Below are positions 62,413-64,000 of a DNA stretch of 64,000 nucleotides, in pieces; within the stretch, counting starts at the first letter, position 1; every line of letters begins with the position of its first letter. The DNA comes from Eledone cirrhosa (lineage: Eukaryota): positions 57,412,001 to 57,476,000 of the forward strand of contig OZ024748.1 of the NCBI GenBank assembly GCA_964016885.1, written 5' to 3'. A model generated the notes under the pieces. The model was not told where the DNA came from, did no database searches, and was given only the letters and a program-made list of their open reading frames with translations. The position numbers and the translations under genes were made by a program.

Positions 62413-62988
62413 GCCAGTACAACCTGCCTCATGGTCGGGTCGTTGGCGACTAAACTGGCAACCCCACCAAGGTTTCTTGGTGAGGAGGGTGACTTTGGAC
62501 ATCCTGCAGGACTAAAAACAAAACCTGTCAAAGGCCAAAGGAGCTCTTAAGAGTCAATGGCCATCCAAAATCACCGGGAGAGATGACCCCTTAGCTTTTG
62601 TCAAGGCAGAATTCTAGGAGAAGGAAAACTCTGATATAACACCTGCAACCCTGATGGTATCCAATGATGTTGACTTGTTCTTCTTTTTGGTAAATATCAT
62701 CTTGGTTAAGAGAGTGGGACTGGCTTTGTGCAGTGCCTTTGCTCACTATAAAAGCTCCACGGCACAGGCATTGCTTTATATCTGGAGATCTCTCTACACT
62801 TGTCGTCACATGGTACCATGGGCCCTGCACTATGTGTCAATAATTGTCACAAGTGTAGTGTTTGTACCAGAGTTTTCAAGTCGCTGGCTGGACTAAAACG
62901 TCACACTTGTTCAGCGTATCGGTAGGGGTTCTTCTACATGGATATAAAGTAGTGGCCGTACTCTAAAACGAGTTGGCAGCCACCACCA
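62413..62988 (+). mobile_element. Short non-autonomous RTE-derived element (5'UTR-like part + 3' end) between (TATG)n and (TA)n
   Basis: CTAGGAGAAGGAAAACTCTGAT is like RTE 5'UTRs; the 3' part is a decayed C2H2-coding segment ending CGAGTTGGCAGCCACCACCA. Confidence 0.65.
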
Positions 62989-63030
62989 TGTATATATATA
63001 AAATAGCCGTCGAAATGGCTTGAGCTCTGC

Positions 63031-63068
<38 letters not shown>

Positions 63069-63086
63069 AGTATTTGTGTGTTTGTT

Positions 63087-63141
<55 letters not shown>

Positions 63142-63389
63142 GTACAAATGCATAAATATATATACATTCATCATTTTTTGTAAGTTATATAAGGTATTCA
63201 AGAGTCTCGGGTATATCACGAAAGAGAAATATACAACCTTTGTCTCATGGAACAGTCAATGACTCCTCTTGAATTTACAAATTTACAGATGGACGTTTGA
63301 GGCACGATTTCTTCAATTATTTTCAGGAGATAGCATAAAGACGTATCAACATTTTCCTTATCTTATGTCAAGCATCTATCTAGGGCGGG

Positions 63390-63560
63390 TAAAATTCTCG
63401 AGATCCATGGACGAGTTCTCTCCAGCGGTCTGTGTCCCTCATTATCGCTGCCATGTGCGGCGTCTCCAAGAGACCAGTGTCTGTCCTTAGGACATCAACA
63501 TATGTTAACCCGGGTCTTCCTCTTCCAGTGTGTCGATGAGTATGAGTGTCAAGCATTCCA
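63390..63560 (-). pseudogene. RTE-like LINE C-terminal fragment
   Basis: GRGRPG..TYVDVLRTDTGLLETPHMAAIMRDTDRWRELV. Confidence 0.6.
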
Positions 63561-63792
63561 AAACTAAATATACCGAGAAGAGCGTATTGTATTATATCTA
63601 ATGATATTTAGTATACAATCTTACAGTTTCTAAAGGTATCAGTGTGTGCTAAGTTGAAATTTGTGGTTTTGTTACGTTGTTACAAAACACAAAATAAATT
63701 CTCGCATTATTAGTGCTCAGTTCTAGAAACAAATCTGTCTCATTTTGGGCTGAGTATAATGAACAAACGTGAAACAGTGTTTTACTCTACAA

Positions 63793-63860
63793 CAGGGTTT
63801 CCCAAACCTTTTCAAACGCCGAACCCGATTTGGTTCAGAAAATGTTTGGTAACCCCAAAG
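63793..63860 (+). mobile_element. hAT MITE end
   Basis: CAGGGTTTCCCAAACC terminus. Confidence 0.45.
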
Positions 63861-64000
63861 TCTAATAGTTATATGGTCGTAATATAAATAAAGTGAAGGC
63901 GCATGACTTAGTGGTTAGAGCATTGGGCTTGCAATCGAAAGGTTGTGAGTTCAATTCTCGGACCGGGTATTGTTGTTTCCTTGAACAAGACACTTTATTT

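Overview
AT-rich, repeat-dense animal genomic DNA. The SINE repertoire and (TA)n load suggest an octopus/cephalopod (inference). The only host gene segment is the terminal coding exon of a Lines (LINS1) homolog at 228-1305 (+). The rest is a 5'-truncated RTE LINE, other LINE relics, many tRNA-derived SINEs, Tc1/mariner and hAT MITEs, very long (TA)nTG arrays and a 24-bp minisatellite. The main result is a recurring class of short insertions inside (TA)n tracts, at least 10 loci from several unrelated sequence families. Most are head-to-head fold-backs with arms from about 12 to 290 bp. Many contain minimal type-I hammerhead ribozyme motifs, including two CCGAAGA (U4C) core variants. Many share a GAGTRCT motif about 35-60 nt from the outer 3' end. 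One member keeps the C-terminus of a Penelope-like GIY-YIG endonuclease ORF, linking the class to Penelope-like retroelements. A local tandem duplication gives filled and empty versions of two insertion sites. All structures were read by eye; none was folded or searched computationally.
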